From Fibrobacter succinogenes subsp. succinogenes S85 (GTDB lineage: Bacteria; Fibrobacterota; Fibrobacteria; Fibrobacterales; Fibrobacteraceae), in contig NC_017448.1 of the NCBI RefSeq assembly GCF_000146505.1, positions 510,001-542,000 of the forward strand: a stretch of DNA of 32,000 bases. The letters are read 5' to 3'. Made by a program: the position numbers and the translations under genes. The notes under the pieces are model-generated. The model was given only the letters and a program-made list of their open reading frames with translations. It searched no databases and was not told the origin of the DNA. Positions 9,993 to 18,671 of the stretch are shown here, one piece after another; the stretch's first letter is position 1; the number at the start of each line of letters is the position of its first letter.

Positions 9993-10400
9993 ATGAAATT
10001 CGTATTTCTCTGCGACGCCAACTACCTCAAGGGCGACATAGTCAACTTCCAGAACAACTTCCCGACCAATCACGAACTTGTGACGATGACCTCTGAAGAC
10101 CTTCTCCAGAGCAAGTCCATCATCGAAGGGACCTTCGCTATCTTGGCAGAACGTACCACTTGGCAGAAGAACTTCAGCCTTTTCCGCTACTTCGGCCTCC
10201 TCCCGCTCCTTGAAGTGCTCCCGCTCGGCATCGTCAGCCGTGGCCGCCGCAACGAACCCATCGAGGGCCGCAGCCAGAACAGAAACCAGGAAATTTTCTT
10301 CAACCCGGCCGCATCCGCTGAAGAACTTTACCTCCAGGTCGACAAGTTCGTCGCCGCACCTCCTTCTGGCTACTCCTATCCGCGCGGTGCCGCTAAGTAA
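9993..10400 (+). CDS. Hypothetical protein (135 aa)
   Basis: AGGAAA RBS upstream of the ATG. Strong C-ending codon bias like neighbouring core genes. The stop lies 3 nt before the start of the next gene. No motif recognised. Confidence 0.65.
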   Translation: MKFVFLCDANYLKGDIVNFQNNFPTNHELVTMTSEDLLQSKSIIEGTFAILAERTTWQKNFSLFRYFGLLPLLEVLPLGIVSRGRRNEPIEGRSQNRNQEIFFNPAASAEELYLQVDKFVAAPPSGYSYPRGAAK

Positions 10401-10403
10401 GGC

Positions 10404-11936
10404 ATGCAAAGAAAGGTCCTAGAAAGCCTTTACAACCAAGGCGGGTTATCGCTTTTCGCCATTTCTGACGAAGAAACCTTACCCACAGAAGCCTTGCATA
10501 AATTCGCACTGGCACTTAACGCCGGTGCGCGTTTTATTGTAATTGACTTTACCGGGAAGCGCCCTTTTGAAGGGAATGCGCCTTTCCAGACCTCGCACCT
10601 TTCACAAAAGCTCCTCTCCGCCGAGGATATTCAAAAGATTACAGCCTCTTCTACAGAAGACGGGTGCATCTCATTTACAGGGACTAAGGCAATCCCCACC
10701 TCGGACATAGAATTCCGCACGCTTTACCACAACCTTAAAAACCTCGAAAAAATAGCCCCGCAAGTCATCGGCATCGTTTCGACCGAACAAGTCGAAAACG
10801 TCGGAAAGCTAGTCGCCATGGCACGACTCCTGATCATGCATGTGACACCCCTTTCCATGAAATCGGCGGCATCATTCATCGAGGACGTGAAAGAAGCGCA
10901 AAAAATCGAAATTTTGTGGCTTTCCAAGGAACGCCCGGCAAGACGAGCCTACCCCAAGGCCCGCAAGGCCATCAGCAGAAACGCAAGCGCCACCAAGGAA
11001 GCGTTCAACCTGGATTTTCAAAAGAACCCGGAAGAACTCGCCAAAGTCATCCAAAAGCTCCATAAAGTTTCAATTCTCGTGAAAAATCCGCTTGACGGAT
11101 TCCCGAGACTCATCCGCAACCTGTTTCCGCTATTGCTCATCGCCGTTATTATCGCGCCATTCCTCTTTGTCACAGACATCGACAGGAGCGATTCCAACCT
11201 CCGAGACCGCATCCAGGAACGAAACCAGCTTTCCGTAGCCCCCTCGTTCGAATACACCTTTGACGGGAACGAAAGCATGCAGCGCATCGCGCGTTACGCT
11301 ATCGGACGATTTGACGCGATCATCACAAACGAAAAGATGATTAAGAACTACGTAGCCAAGACACTTGAAGACAATGGCTACGGCGTGACCGCATGGGAAA
11401 AGGGCTGCCACAACATTCCGCCTAAAGGAACCACAATACGCTTTTCCCGCCCGGACGAAATCAAGCGCCCCGCCTCGGCTGATACAATCGGCGCTGCATG
11501 GAAATTCTGGACATCCGTCATTTCGGACAGCATCGCCTACATCACGGAATTTTATCATGAAACAGCCACCGCTACGCAAAGAAAGCACAACGGCATTGAC
11601 GTCGCCAGCCGCCAGGGAGCACGTATTTTAGCCCCATACGGAGCCAAAGCCTGGACTAGCCGTGATGAACGCGGAGGCGTGATTATTGCACTCGTTCGTA
11701 AGCAAGACGTTATCTTGTTTATGCATTGCGACAAGCTCCTTTATCTGAACGGCCAGGAGGTCATGCCGGGTGACCCGATTGCCACCGTAGGCACCACAGG
11801 ACACACCACTGGACCGCATGCGCATATCGTTACGGGACTCGTCAGCAAGAAGGGAAAAAAGAGGATAGGCAACGTCCGTTACGACGTCATAGACCCCATA
11901 AAGTGGTTTTACAAATTCAAGCCGACCTCCAAATAA
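10404..11936 (+). CDS. M23/LytM-family metallopeptidase with a large N-terminal domain and one central TM segment
   Basis: The C-terminus has HNGIDV (HxxxD) and GPHAHIV (HxH) M23 zinc motifs. TM segment LFPLLLIAVIIAPFLFV lies mid-protein. The N-terminal region of about 230 aa is unassigned. Confidence 0.85.
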   Translation: MQRKVLESLYNQGGLSLFAISDEETLPTEALHKFALALNAGARFIVIDFTGKRPFEGNAPFQTSHLSQKLLSAEDIQKITASSTEDGCISFTGTKAIPTSDIEFRTLYHNLKNLEKIAPQVIGIVSTEQVENVGKLVAMARLLIMHVTPLSMKSAASFIEDVKEAQKIEILWLSKERPARRAYPKARKAISRNASATKEAFNLDFQKNPEELAKVIQKLHKVSILVKNPLDGFPRLIRNLFPLLLIAVIIAPFLFVTDIDRSDSNLRDRIQERNQLSVAPSFEYTFDGNESMQRIARYAIGRFDAIITNEKMIKNYVAKTLEDNGYGVTAWEKGCHNIPPKGTTIRFSRPDEIKRPASADTIGAAWKFWTSVISDSIAYITEFYHETATATQRKHNGIDVASRQGARILAPYGAKAWTSRDERGGVIIALVRKQDVILFMHCDKLLYLNGQEVMPGDPIATVGTTGHTTGPHAHIVTGLVSKKGKKRIGNVRYDVIDPIKWFYKFKPTSK

Positions 11937-12103
11937 ACTTTTTTGGTGTTTTTCGTCACACCTAACGTAAAAACATGCCAAAAACGGGCTTTCGTAACAG
12001 TAATTTTACACCCTTACTATCGCAAATTAATCCACAATTAAGTAACTTTGGTACACGGGATTGATGTAGTTAAAAAACAATGTCAAAACAAAAGGATTAG
12101 GAC

Positions 12104-12556
12104 ATGAAACATTCCATCATTGGGGCATCCCTCTTCATCGCAGTAGCACTCATCACCGGTTGCTCTAGCGTTGTCACCCCCAAAGCCGAACTTGCCGTTC
12201 ACAACGACTCGGTACACGATATTCCCGCCATTGACAGCCTCATCGTCAGCATGAAGCAAGACTACATTAAGCAGTGCTATATGCCTGTTGCTAGCCACTT
12301 GCCGCCTGAAAATTCCTGCCAGTCCGACTTGTTCCAGATGGTCGAACGCCGCTACCACATGGAATACAACCAGAACCACGTTGCCGCCGCTAGCAACGAA
12401 CTCTTCTTCAAGGACGTCGTTCCGGAAATCAACAAGAAGGTCAAGAGAGAACCGGCACTTCGCGATCCGCTGCGCCGCGCATTCTCCAACAGCAACGAAA
12501 TGCTCGCCTACTACAAAGACAAGTATAAGTTCAACACCCAGATTGAACAGTTCTAA
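12104..12556 (+). CDS. Hypothetical lipoprotein
   Basis: Signal peptide with lipobox (LITGC). AAAGGA RBS. Confidence 0.75.
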   Translation: MKHSIIGASLFIAVALITGCSSVVTPKAELAVHNDSVHDIPAIDSLIVSMKQDYIKQCYMPVASHLPPENSCQSDLFQMVERRYHMEYNQNHVAAASNELFFKDVVPEINKKVKREPALRDPLRRAFSNSNEMLAYYKDKYKFNTQIEQF

Positions 12557-12584
12557 TTCCATTTTTCTTGTTAAGACTACATTA

Positions 12585-12612
12585 AACACGGCTCACAAGG
12601 CTGTGTTTTTTG
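12585..12612 (+). terminator. Terminator-like hairpin after the lipoprotein gene
   Basis: aacacggc (12585-12592) pairs with gctgtgtt (12600-12607) with one G-U, followed by a T-run. Confidence 0.55.
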
Positions 12613-12618
12613 TTTATT

Positions 12619-12648
12619 CTTTCGTCTTTCGTCTTTCGTCTTTCGTCT
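12619..12648. repeat. Heptanucleotide tandem repeat (CTTTCGT) x4.3
   Basis: ctttcgt repeated head-to-tail at 12619, 12626, 12633 and 12640, plus a partial copy. It sits directly upstream of a TATATT box (12656-12661) before leuC. Confidence 0.95.
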
Positions 12649-12699
12649 AAAATTCTATATTTACGCCCGCAATAAAACAAACCTAAAAGAGACAAATCT

Positions 12700-14109
12700 A
12701 TGGGAAAATCACTCTATCAGAAAATTTTCGAAAGCCACACGGTAGCTAAGCTCCCGAGCGGCCAGTGCCAGCTCTTTATCGGGCTTCACCTCTGCCACGA
12801 AGTGACGAGTCCGCAGGCCTTCGCCCAGCTCCGCGAAGAAGGCCAGAAGGTGCTGTTCCCGGAACGCACTTTTGCCACGGTCGACCACATTATCCCGACC
12901 ACTTTCCCGGAACGTAACCGCCCGCTCCAGGACGGCATTTCCGAAGAGATGTTCTCCCATATCGAAAACAACACCAAGAATAACGGCATCAAGTTCTTTG
13001 GCCCCAGCACCTGCGAACAGGGCGTTATCCACATCGTTGGCCCGGAAGAAGGCGTTACGCAGCCGGGTATGACCGTTGCTTGCGGTGACTCTCACACGGC
13101 AACGCACGGTGCATTCGGTGCTATCGCATTCGGTATCGGCACAAGCCAGGTGGCAGACGTTCTCGCCACCCAGACGCTCGCCATGAGCCCCTTGAAGACT
13201 CGCCGCATCAAGTTCACCGGCAAGCTCAAGCCGGGTGTGACCGCCAAGGACGTAGCCCTTGCTTACATCGCTAAGCTCGGTGTGAACGGTGGCGTTGGCT
13301 ACGCTTACGAATTTGCAGGTCCGGTCATCGAAGAAATGGGCATGGAAGGCCGTATGACGGTCTGCAACATGGCTATCGAAGGCGGCGCCCGCGTCGGTTA
13401 CTGCAACCCCGACGAAAAGACTTTTGAATACCTCAAGGGCCGTCCGTACGCCCCGAAGGCCGACAAGTGGGACGAAGCCGTTGCTTACTGGAAGTCCGTG
13501 GCTACCGACGCCGACGCTCAGTTTGACGACGAAGTCGAAATCAACTGCGACAACCTCGAACCGATGGTCACCTGGGGTATCACTCCGGCTCAAGCCATCC
13601 CGCTCAACGGCAACATGCCGAAGATCGACGAATTCGAAGGCAGCGAAAAGAAGGTCATTTCCGAAGCCTACGAATACATGGGCTGGGAAGAAGGTTCCAA
13701 GATGATTGGCCGCCCGATCGACATCGCATTCGTGGGTAGCTGCACTAACGGCCGCCTCTCCGACTTGCAGGCCGCCGCCGAAATCATCAAGGGCCACAAG
13801 GTTGCCCCGACCGTCAAGATGTGGGTCGTTCCGGGCTCCATGAAGATCAAGGTGGAAGCCGAACAGCTCGGTCTCGACAAGATCTTTAAGGAAGCCGGTG
13901 CCGAATGGCGCGAAGCAGGCTGCTCGCTCTGCCTCGCCATGAACCCGGATAAGCTCAAGGGTCGCCAGGTCAGCGCAAGCTCCAGCAACCGTAACTTCAA
14001 GGGCCGCCAGGGCAGCCCGACGGGCCGCACCATCCTCATGAGCCCCGCCATGGTGGCAGCAGCCGCCATCGAAGGCAAGATCACCGACGTCCGCAAGTAC
14101 ATCAAGTAA
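12700..14109 (+). CDS. leuC: 3-isopropylmalate dehydratase large subunit
   Basis: 469 aa, starting [13 protein letters not shown]. Aconitase-family Fe-S motifs present ([20 protein letters not shown]). Followed by leuD. Confidence 0.95.
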   Translation: MGKSLYQKIFESHTVAKLPSGQCQLFIGLHLCHEVTSPQAFAQLREEGQKVLFPERTFATVDHIIPTTFPERNRPLQDGISEEMFSHIENNTKNNGIKFFGPSTCEQGVIHIVGPEEGVTQPGMTVACGDSHTATHGAFGAIAFGIGTSQVADVLATQTLAMSPLKTRRIKFTGKLKPGVTAKDVALAYIAKLGVNGGVGYAYEFAGPVIEEMGMEGRMTVCNMAIEGGARVGYCNPDEKTFEYLKGRPYAPKADKWDEAVAYWKSVATDADAQFDDEVEINCDNLEPMVTWGITPAQAIPLNGNMPKIDEFEGSEKKVISEAYEYMGWEEGSKMIGRPIDIAFVGSCTNGRLSDLQAAAEIIKGHKVAPTVKMWVVPGSMKIKVEAEQLGLDKIFKEAGAEWREAGCSLCLAMNPDKLKGRQVSASSSNRNFKGRQGSPTGRTILMSPAMVAAAAIEGKITDVRKYIK

Positions 14110-14127
14110 CGCAAGGAGATTTAAAAA

Positions 14128-14736
14128 ATGAATTCTATCGACATTGTTAAAGGTTCCGGCGTTCCTGTACGCGGCAACGACATCGACACAGACCGTATCA
14201 TCCCGGCACGCTTCCTCAAGTGCGTGACTTTCGAAGGCCTCGGCGCAAACGCCTTTGCCGACGATATCGCAGGCCTCGCCGCTCAGGGCAAGGTCCACCC
14301 CTTCCGCGATCCGGCCTACAAGAACGGTTCCATTCTCGTTTCGAACCAGAACTTCGGTTGCGGTTCCAGCCGTGAACACGCTCCGCAGGCTCTCAAGCGC
14401 TGGGGCATCCGCGCCATCATCGCCGAAAGCTACTCCGAAATCTTCTTCGGTAACTGTGTGGCCATTGGCGTGCCTTGCTACAAGGTAAGCCACGAAGTTG
14501 CAGACAAGATCCTCTCCTGGATTGAAGCACACCCGAGCGAAGAACTCGTGACGAGCACCGAAAGCCGTACGCTCAAGATGGGTGACGAAACCATCGAGCT
14601 CACGCTTGCCGACGGCCCGCGCGGTCAGTTCCTCGACGGCTCCTGGCACGCACGTTCCGCCCTCATGGCCAACGCCGACAAGGTGCAGGAACTCGCCAAG
14701 AAGTTGCCGTACATGCAGTTCCTCAAAAATGCGTAA
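14128..14736 (+). CDS. leuD: 3-isopropylmalate dehydratase small subunit
   Basis: 202 aa with an aconitase swivel-domain signature (NFGCGSSREHA). AAGGAG RBS 9 nt upstream. Confidence 0.95.
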   Translation: MNSIDIVKGSGVPVRGNDIDTDRIIPARFLKCVTFEGLGANAFADDIAGLAAQGKVHPFRDPAYKNGSILVSNQNFGCGSSREHAPQALKRWGIRAIIAESYSEIFFGNCVAIGVPCYKVSHEVADKILSWIEAHPSEELVTSTESRTLKMGDETIELTLADGPRGQFLDGSWHARSALMANADKVQELAKKLPYMQFLKNA

Positions 14737-14748
14737 GGCGAGAGTCGC

Positions 14749-14864
14749 GCCCAAGCTTGCTTGGGCATGACAGAGCCTAGCATTTTGTACTTGAGCGAAG
14801 CGAGAGTACCAGTAATTCGGATTGTCATCCTGGAGCCACGAAAGTGGCGATAGGATCCAGTCAC
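14749..14864. repeat. Cluster of three REP-like hairpins downstream of leuD
   Basis: Three hairpins: gcccaag-cttg-cttgggc+atgac (14749-14771); gtact-N12-agtac (14788-14809); gtcatcctgga-gccac-gaaa-gtggc-...-tccag (14824-14860). Confidence 0.6.
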
Positions 14865-14873
14865 ATTTCAAAA

Positions 14874-14905
14874 ACGTCCAGGTTAAAAAACCTGGGCGTT
14901 TTTTA
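14874..14905 (+). terminator. Rho-independent terminator for leuCD
   Basis: acgtccagg / cctgggcgt stem (one G-U), A-rich loop, T-run 14900-14905. Confidence 0.75.
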
Positions 14906-15036
14906 CTGATTCTGTTTATAACGTCTTTTTGGTCTTAGAAAAAAGCCCTAATCAAACAACACCAAATTTGCCTTTATTTTAATAATTTTCATTGGGAAAT
15001 AATACTATCTTTAAACAAGATTACAAGCAGGTATGT

Positions 15037-15915
15037 ATGTGCTACAAAGTTTTTAATGAAGATTGCTTTGACTGGATGGAAAATCAGTCTGAAAACACGA
15101 TAACTGCTATTGTTACGGATCCTCCGTATGGAGTTAAAGAATATACAGAAAAAGAGCTTGTAAAAAAAAGAGCCGGTTCGGGAGGCATTTGGCGAATACC
15201 TCAAAAATTTGATGGATGTACCCGTCAACCAGTTCCCAGATTTAGCGTTATCAATGATGATCCAGAAGAACGAAAAAACGTCTATTTGTTTTTTGAAAGA
15301 TGGGCTCGACTTGCAAAAAAAATTCTTGTCCCTGGCGGACACATTTTCCTAGCCTCTACGCCATTGTTGTCTGATATTGTTGGTTCCGCACTTAGGTCCG
15401 CAGGATTGGAAAAAAGAGGTGAGATAATTCGTTCTGTTTGTACATTAAGAGGTGGAGATCGTCCCAAAAATGCGGAAGACGAATTTCCTGAATTATCTGT
15501 TATTCCAAAGGCTTTGTGGGAGCCTTGGTGCTTATACAGAAAACCTTTGGCAGAGAAAACAGTTGCTGAAAATCTAAGGGTCTGGAAAGCAGGAGCATTA
15601 CGAAGACCTGCTATAGACAGACCATTTTCTGATTTTATTCAAAGCGAGAAAACACCAAAAATTGAGCGTGACATTGTAAATCATCCAAGCATTAAGCCAC
15701 AGTCTTTTTTAAGACAAATTGTACGAGCAGCATTGCCTTTGGGAGAAGGCATAGTCCTTGATCCATTCTCTGGAAGTGGTTCGACGTTGGCGGCAGCCGA
15801 TTATTTGGGTTATGACAGCATTGGCGTAGAAAAAGATACTGAATTTTTCAGGCAATCTCTTCATGCCATTCCTAAATTGTCTAAACTTTACGGACAAACT
15901 ACTCTGCAAATATAG
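15037..15915 (+). CDS. Type II DNA methyltransferase, beta-class amino-methyltransferase (N6-adenine or N4-cytosine)
   Basis: DPPY motif (IVTDPPYG) near the N-terminus, HPSIKP motif, and a C-terminal AdoMet motif (DPFSGSGST), which is the beta-class order. The track ORF starts at TTG 14992, but in-frame ATG 15037 gives the usual MTase N-terminus. The region is AT-rich. Confidence 0.85.
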   Translation: MCYKVFNEDCFDWMENQSENTITAIVTDPPYGVKEYTEKELVKKRAGSGGIWRIPQKFDGCTRQPVPRFSVINDDPEERKNVYLFFERWARLAKKILVPGGHIFLASTPLLSDIVGSALRSAGLEKRGEIIRSVCTLRGGDRPKNAEDEFPELSVIPKALWEPWCLYRKPLAEKTVAENLRVWKAGALRRPAIDRPFSDFIQSEKTPKIERDIVNHPSIKPQSFLRQIVRAALPLGEGIVLDPFSGSGSTLAAADYLGYDSIGVEKDTEFFRQSLHAIPKLSKLYGQTTLQI

Positions 15916-16534
15916 AGTAGTAAGGGATTGCCAAATCTAATTTTCTACGATTTCTCTTAAGAGCTTCTGTTATTGTACAGTATTCAGAATTAAGATAAAT
16001 CGTACCATCTCTTAATTTAGCCGTTCCAATATTTGTTGTTATATAGGTTTCCGTACGTTGAGAGTCATTCTCATTTCTTTCACTACCCTGATATTTCCAA
16101 TCTGAATTCTGCTGTTCGAAACCTATAAGATTGGCGATTTCAACCTGCGAAAAATCAATATTCCCATTTTCTAGAACAACAAAGCATACGACAATATGCC
16201 ATCCAGAATGCCCGTTATGCCCTTCCCCACCTTTTAATGGTTTGTTCGATGCTTTGACTTCTAACCCAATTCCATTATTCATATTTTTTAAATCAGGATA
16301 TCTCTGGTCAGAAAAAGCCTTATATGGGCTACACTCATCTAGCATTTTCGTGAAAACATTGGATACAATACCACTAAAATTATTTGATTGGATTATTTTG
16401 CTAAGCGCAACACCAGTTTTGTCCTTGATTAAGGAAAAAAGATCTTGAGTTTTCTCCAAAGCCTTGTAAATGGAATCTAGAGTTAATTCTGGAGGAAGGG
16501 GAACTTCATGCCTAAGATTTCTTCTGCTTAACAT
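15899..16534 (-). CDS. Putative type II restriction endonuclease (PD-(D/E)xK)
   Basis: 211 aa with YPDL...GLEVKAS, which fits PD...ExK. AAGGAG RBS lies inside the 3' end of the upstream C gene. The start overlaps the C gene by 23 nt. The 3' end overlaps the convergent MTase gene by 17 nt. Confidence 0.6.
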   Translation of the reverse strand: MLSRRNLRHEVPLPPELTLDSIYKALEKTQDLFSLIKDKTGVALSKIIQSNNFSGIVSNVFTKMLDECSPYKAFSDQRYPDLKNMNNGIGLEVKASNKPLKGGEGHNGHSGWHIVVCFVVLENGNIDFSQVEIANLIGFEQQNSDWKYQGSERNENDSQRTETYITTNIGTAKLRDGTIYLNSEYCTITEALKRNRRKLDLAIPYYSIFAE

Positions 16535-16748
16535 ACAACTCCTTAATATTTATATCGAGGTATTGTATGAGTTTTATAGCATGAAAAAAAGAGATATTGC
16601 GTTCAGCCCTTTCTATCATTCCTATGTAAGTTCTATGCAAATCTAGTTCAAAACCAAGTTCTTCTTGACTAAGACCTTTCTTTACACGAGCATCGTGTAC
16701 TAGATTACCAAATTTTTTTAACAATGGATTTTTATTAGACTTACTCAT
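16512..16748 (-). CDS. Restriction-modification controller (C) protein, XRE-type HTH
   Basis: 78 aa. GLSQEELGFELDLHRTYIGMIERAERNIS closely follows the C-protein HTH pattern. Gene position is immediately upstream of, and overlapping, the endonuclease gene. Confidence 0.8.
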   Translation of the reverse strand: MSKSNKNPLLKKFGNLVHDARVKKGLSQEELGFELDLHRTYIGMIERAERNISFFHAIKLIQYLDINIKELYVKQKKS

Positions 16749-16790
16749 ACAAGTTAGAGTTAGTTTAACAAAAACGATTTTAGTTTTCTA

Positions 16791-16829
16791 CATACTAACC
16801 GTAGCATTTGCATACTAAATGTAGCATTT
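16791..16829 (-). promoter_or_regulatory. Candidate C-box operators (two 19-nt direct repeats)
   Basis: catactaaccgtagcattt (16791-16809) and catactaaatgtagcattt (16811-16829). 17 of 19 nt identical, 20-nt period, 43-81 nt upstream of the C-gene ATG. Confidence 0.4.
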
Positions 16830-16894
16830 AATTATATGAATAAAGGGTTTTAGGGCAGAACCCTAGGCGAATGGAAAGCGTAAGATGCAAGGAG

Positions 16895-16952
16895 ATGGCG
16901 GCTCAAGGCCGCCATGACGATGCAGCTGTAGCGAGGGGAAAGCTTTCCCCTC
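16895..16952. repeat. REP-like hairpin plus a perfect 20-bp palindrome at the right edge of the R-M island
   Basis: (gg)ag-atggcggc-tcaag-gccgccat-gac (16895-18) and gaggggaaag/ctttcccctc (16933-16952). Confidence 0.6.
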
Positions 16953-17003
16953 CCCTATTCAAAAAATCTATATTCGTTCACAAAGAATTTCTGCGGAAAC
17001 AAG

Positions 17004-17528
17004 ATGACAATCAATCGAATACTCCTCCTACTTTTACTAACATTTCTTTTGTTCTCGTGCTCATCGGAAAAGGAATCCCCCAAAGTTATGCTCACCTCAC
17101 CCGTTGACAACATCCTCGTAGAAAAGGCGAAACGCCAAATGCACTTGCGAAGCGGCGAGAATATCGTCAAGACATACAAAATTTCGCTAGGCAAGAATCC
17201 CGTGGGCGCAAAGGTCAAGTCCGGCGACAACAAGACTCCCGAAGGCAACTACACCATCGAAAGGCACAACCCCAAAAGCATTTTTCATTTATCGCTGAAG
17301 GTTTCGTACCCGAACGCAGAGCAAATCAAGGCCGCGAAAGAAGGTAACTACGAGCCAGGCGGAGACATCATGATCCACGGCTATCCGAACAAGATTCCAG
17401 CGTTCCTCTTTAAATTCTGGCATAAATGGAAAGATTGGACAGCCGGCTGCATCGCGGTCACAAACGACGAAATCGAAGAAATCTATGACGCCGTCAAAGA
17501 CGGAACACCGATAACAATTCTGCCTTAA
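17004..17528 (+). CDS. L,D-transpeptidase (YkuD-family) lipoprotein
   Basis: Lipobox LFSC. YkuD catalytic signature IMIHG...GCIAV. Region KTPEGNY is typical of the family. Confidence 0.85.
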   Translation: MTINRILLLLLLTFLLFSCSSEKESPKVMLTSPVDNILVEKAKRQMHLRSGENIVKTYKISLGKNPVGAKVKSGDNKTPEGNYTIERHNPKSIFHLSLKVSYPNAEQIKAAKEGNYEPGGDIMIHGYPNKIPAFLFKFWHKWKDWTAGCIAVTNDEIEEIYDAVKDGTPITILP

Positions 17529-17548
17529 TATAAACTATATTGTTTATC

Positions 17549-18226
17549 ATGAAAAAGATTTTAATTACCCTATTCACAATTTGCATAGCACAAACTTTTG
17601 CCGCCAAAGCCACGCCCGAGCAATGGATCGCAAAAGCCAACGGAGTACTGAAAGAACAGCCTCGCATTTCTTCAAAGTATATTTACCCAGGCCTTGAACC
17701 GAGTAGCGTATTTGAGGCATCGGCAATACTGGACTCCGCAACCAAGGAATACCCTTACCGAATCGATATGTGGCTTGGGCAAGTTCAGTTATTCGGTGAA
17801 ATAAACGAATGCGGAATGCAATCTAAATTTTTTGACAAGATTAACACATTGCTGAAAACGAAAAAAGATAAATGCGAACTTGCCGGCGGAAAAAAAATCA
17901 ACAAAGCCGAAAAGCTGCTCGAAGGCGAATTTACCATTGTCATAAGGAAATACTTTGATCTGGAGTACGATTCCTGCTACGAATACATGTCTCGCCAGAT
18001 GTACAAACTTCTTCCCAATAGCGTCGAAGCGTTGAACGCCATGAGCATCCACTACATGCTTCAGAAAAACGACAGTGCGCTCGCTCTTCTTGAACGAGCA
18101 AATAAGATCGCCCCTACCGATTGCATTGTACTATCAAACCTTGCGCTATATTACAAACGAAAAGGCAATACGAAAAAAGAAGATGAATACAAGAAGAAAC
18201 AAGATTTGTTCTGCAAAGAAAAATAA
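17549..18226 (+). CDS. Secreted hypothetical protein, possibly TPR-like
   Basis: MKKILITLFTICIAQTFA signal peptide from ATG 17549 (the track start at 17540 is TTG). The C-terminal helical ALALLERANKIAP...LSNLALYYKRKGN stretch resembles TPR. Confidence 0.7.
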   Translation: MKKILITLFTICIAQTFAAKATPEQWIAKANGVLKEQPRISSKYIYPGLEPSSVFEASAILDSATKEYPYRIDMWLGQVQLFGEINECGMQSKFFDKINTLLKTKKDKCELAGGKKINKAEKLLEGEFTIVIRKYFDLEYDSCYEYMSRQMYKLLPNSVEALNAMSIHYMLQKNDSALALLERANKIAPTDCIVLSNLALYYKRKGNTKKEDEYKKKQDLFCKEK

Positions 18227-18231
18227 TTTCC

Positions 18232-18660
18232 ATGAGTTTCATAAAAATTTCCTTAATTTTTCTGGTGGCCGCAACAGCATTTTCCTGTAGCGACAAACAA
18301 GAATCAAGCAGCAACAACGTAGACACCAAAGCCATAGAAAAAATCCAAACTTTCTATACCAATTACATTTTCGGAGACGAGTTCGCGAACGATTCCGTCA
18401 TTGCGAAGTATTGCACAAAGAATCTCGCCCAGGAACTTTCAAAAGCGTACGACAACGAGTTCAGCGATGGTGGCGGCTACGCGGTCTGGAAATTCCGCAG
18501 CGACGCGCAAGACGGCGAGGACATCCGAGAAATCGAAAAAATCGAACCTCTTGGCGATGGCAAATACCTTGTCCATTACAACGACATGGGCAACAAAGGG
18601 TCGCACACCATCACCATCGTCCAGCAAAGCGGCGAGATTTTCTTCGACAAAATTGATTGA
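18232..18660 (+). CDS. Hypothetical lipoprotein
   Basis: Signal peptide with lipobox (AFSC). Tightly packed after the previous gene. Confidence 0.75.
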   Translation: MSFIKISLIFLVAATAFSCSDKQESSSNNVDTKAIEKIQTFYTNYIFGDEFANDSVIAKYCTKNLAQELSKAYDNEFSDGGGYAVWKFRSDAQDGEDIREIEKIEPLGDGKYLVHYNDMGNKGSHTITIVQQSGEIFFDKID

Positions 18661-18671
18661 AAGGTTACCCA

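Noticed and set aside
9951-10409. 152-aa minus-strand ORF overlapping the 135-aa plus-strand ORF.
   Set aside because: The plus-strand frame has the C-ending codon bias of neighbouring genes, an RBS and tight coupling to the next gene. The minus-strand frame has none of these.
12619-12648. Possible CRISPR array or other spaced repeat array.
   Set aside because: The repeats are contiguous 7-mers without spacers. No CRISPR-like repeat-spacer structure or cas gene is present anywhere in the window.
12709-14871. 720-aa minus-strand ORF spanning leuC, leuD and the downstream intergenic region.
   Set aside because: It is antisense to two unmistakable leu genes and even runs across their intergenic RBS and the REP cluster. 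This is a typical GC3-driven shadow ORF.
16871-17107. 78-aa plus-strand ORF (MESVRCKEMAAQGRHDD...).
   Set aside because: It is composed largely of the REP-like hairpin and the 20-bp palindrome, and it overlaps the start of the L,D-transpeptidase gene in another frame.
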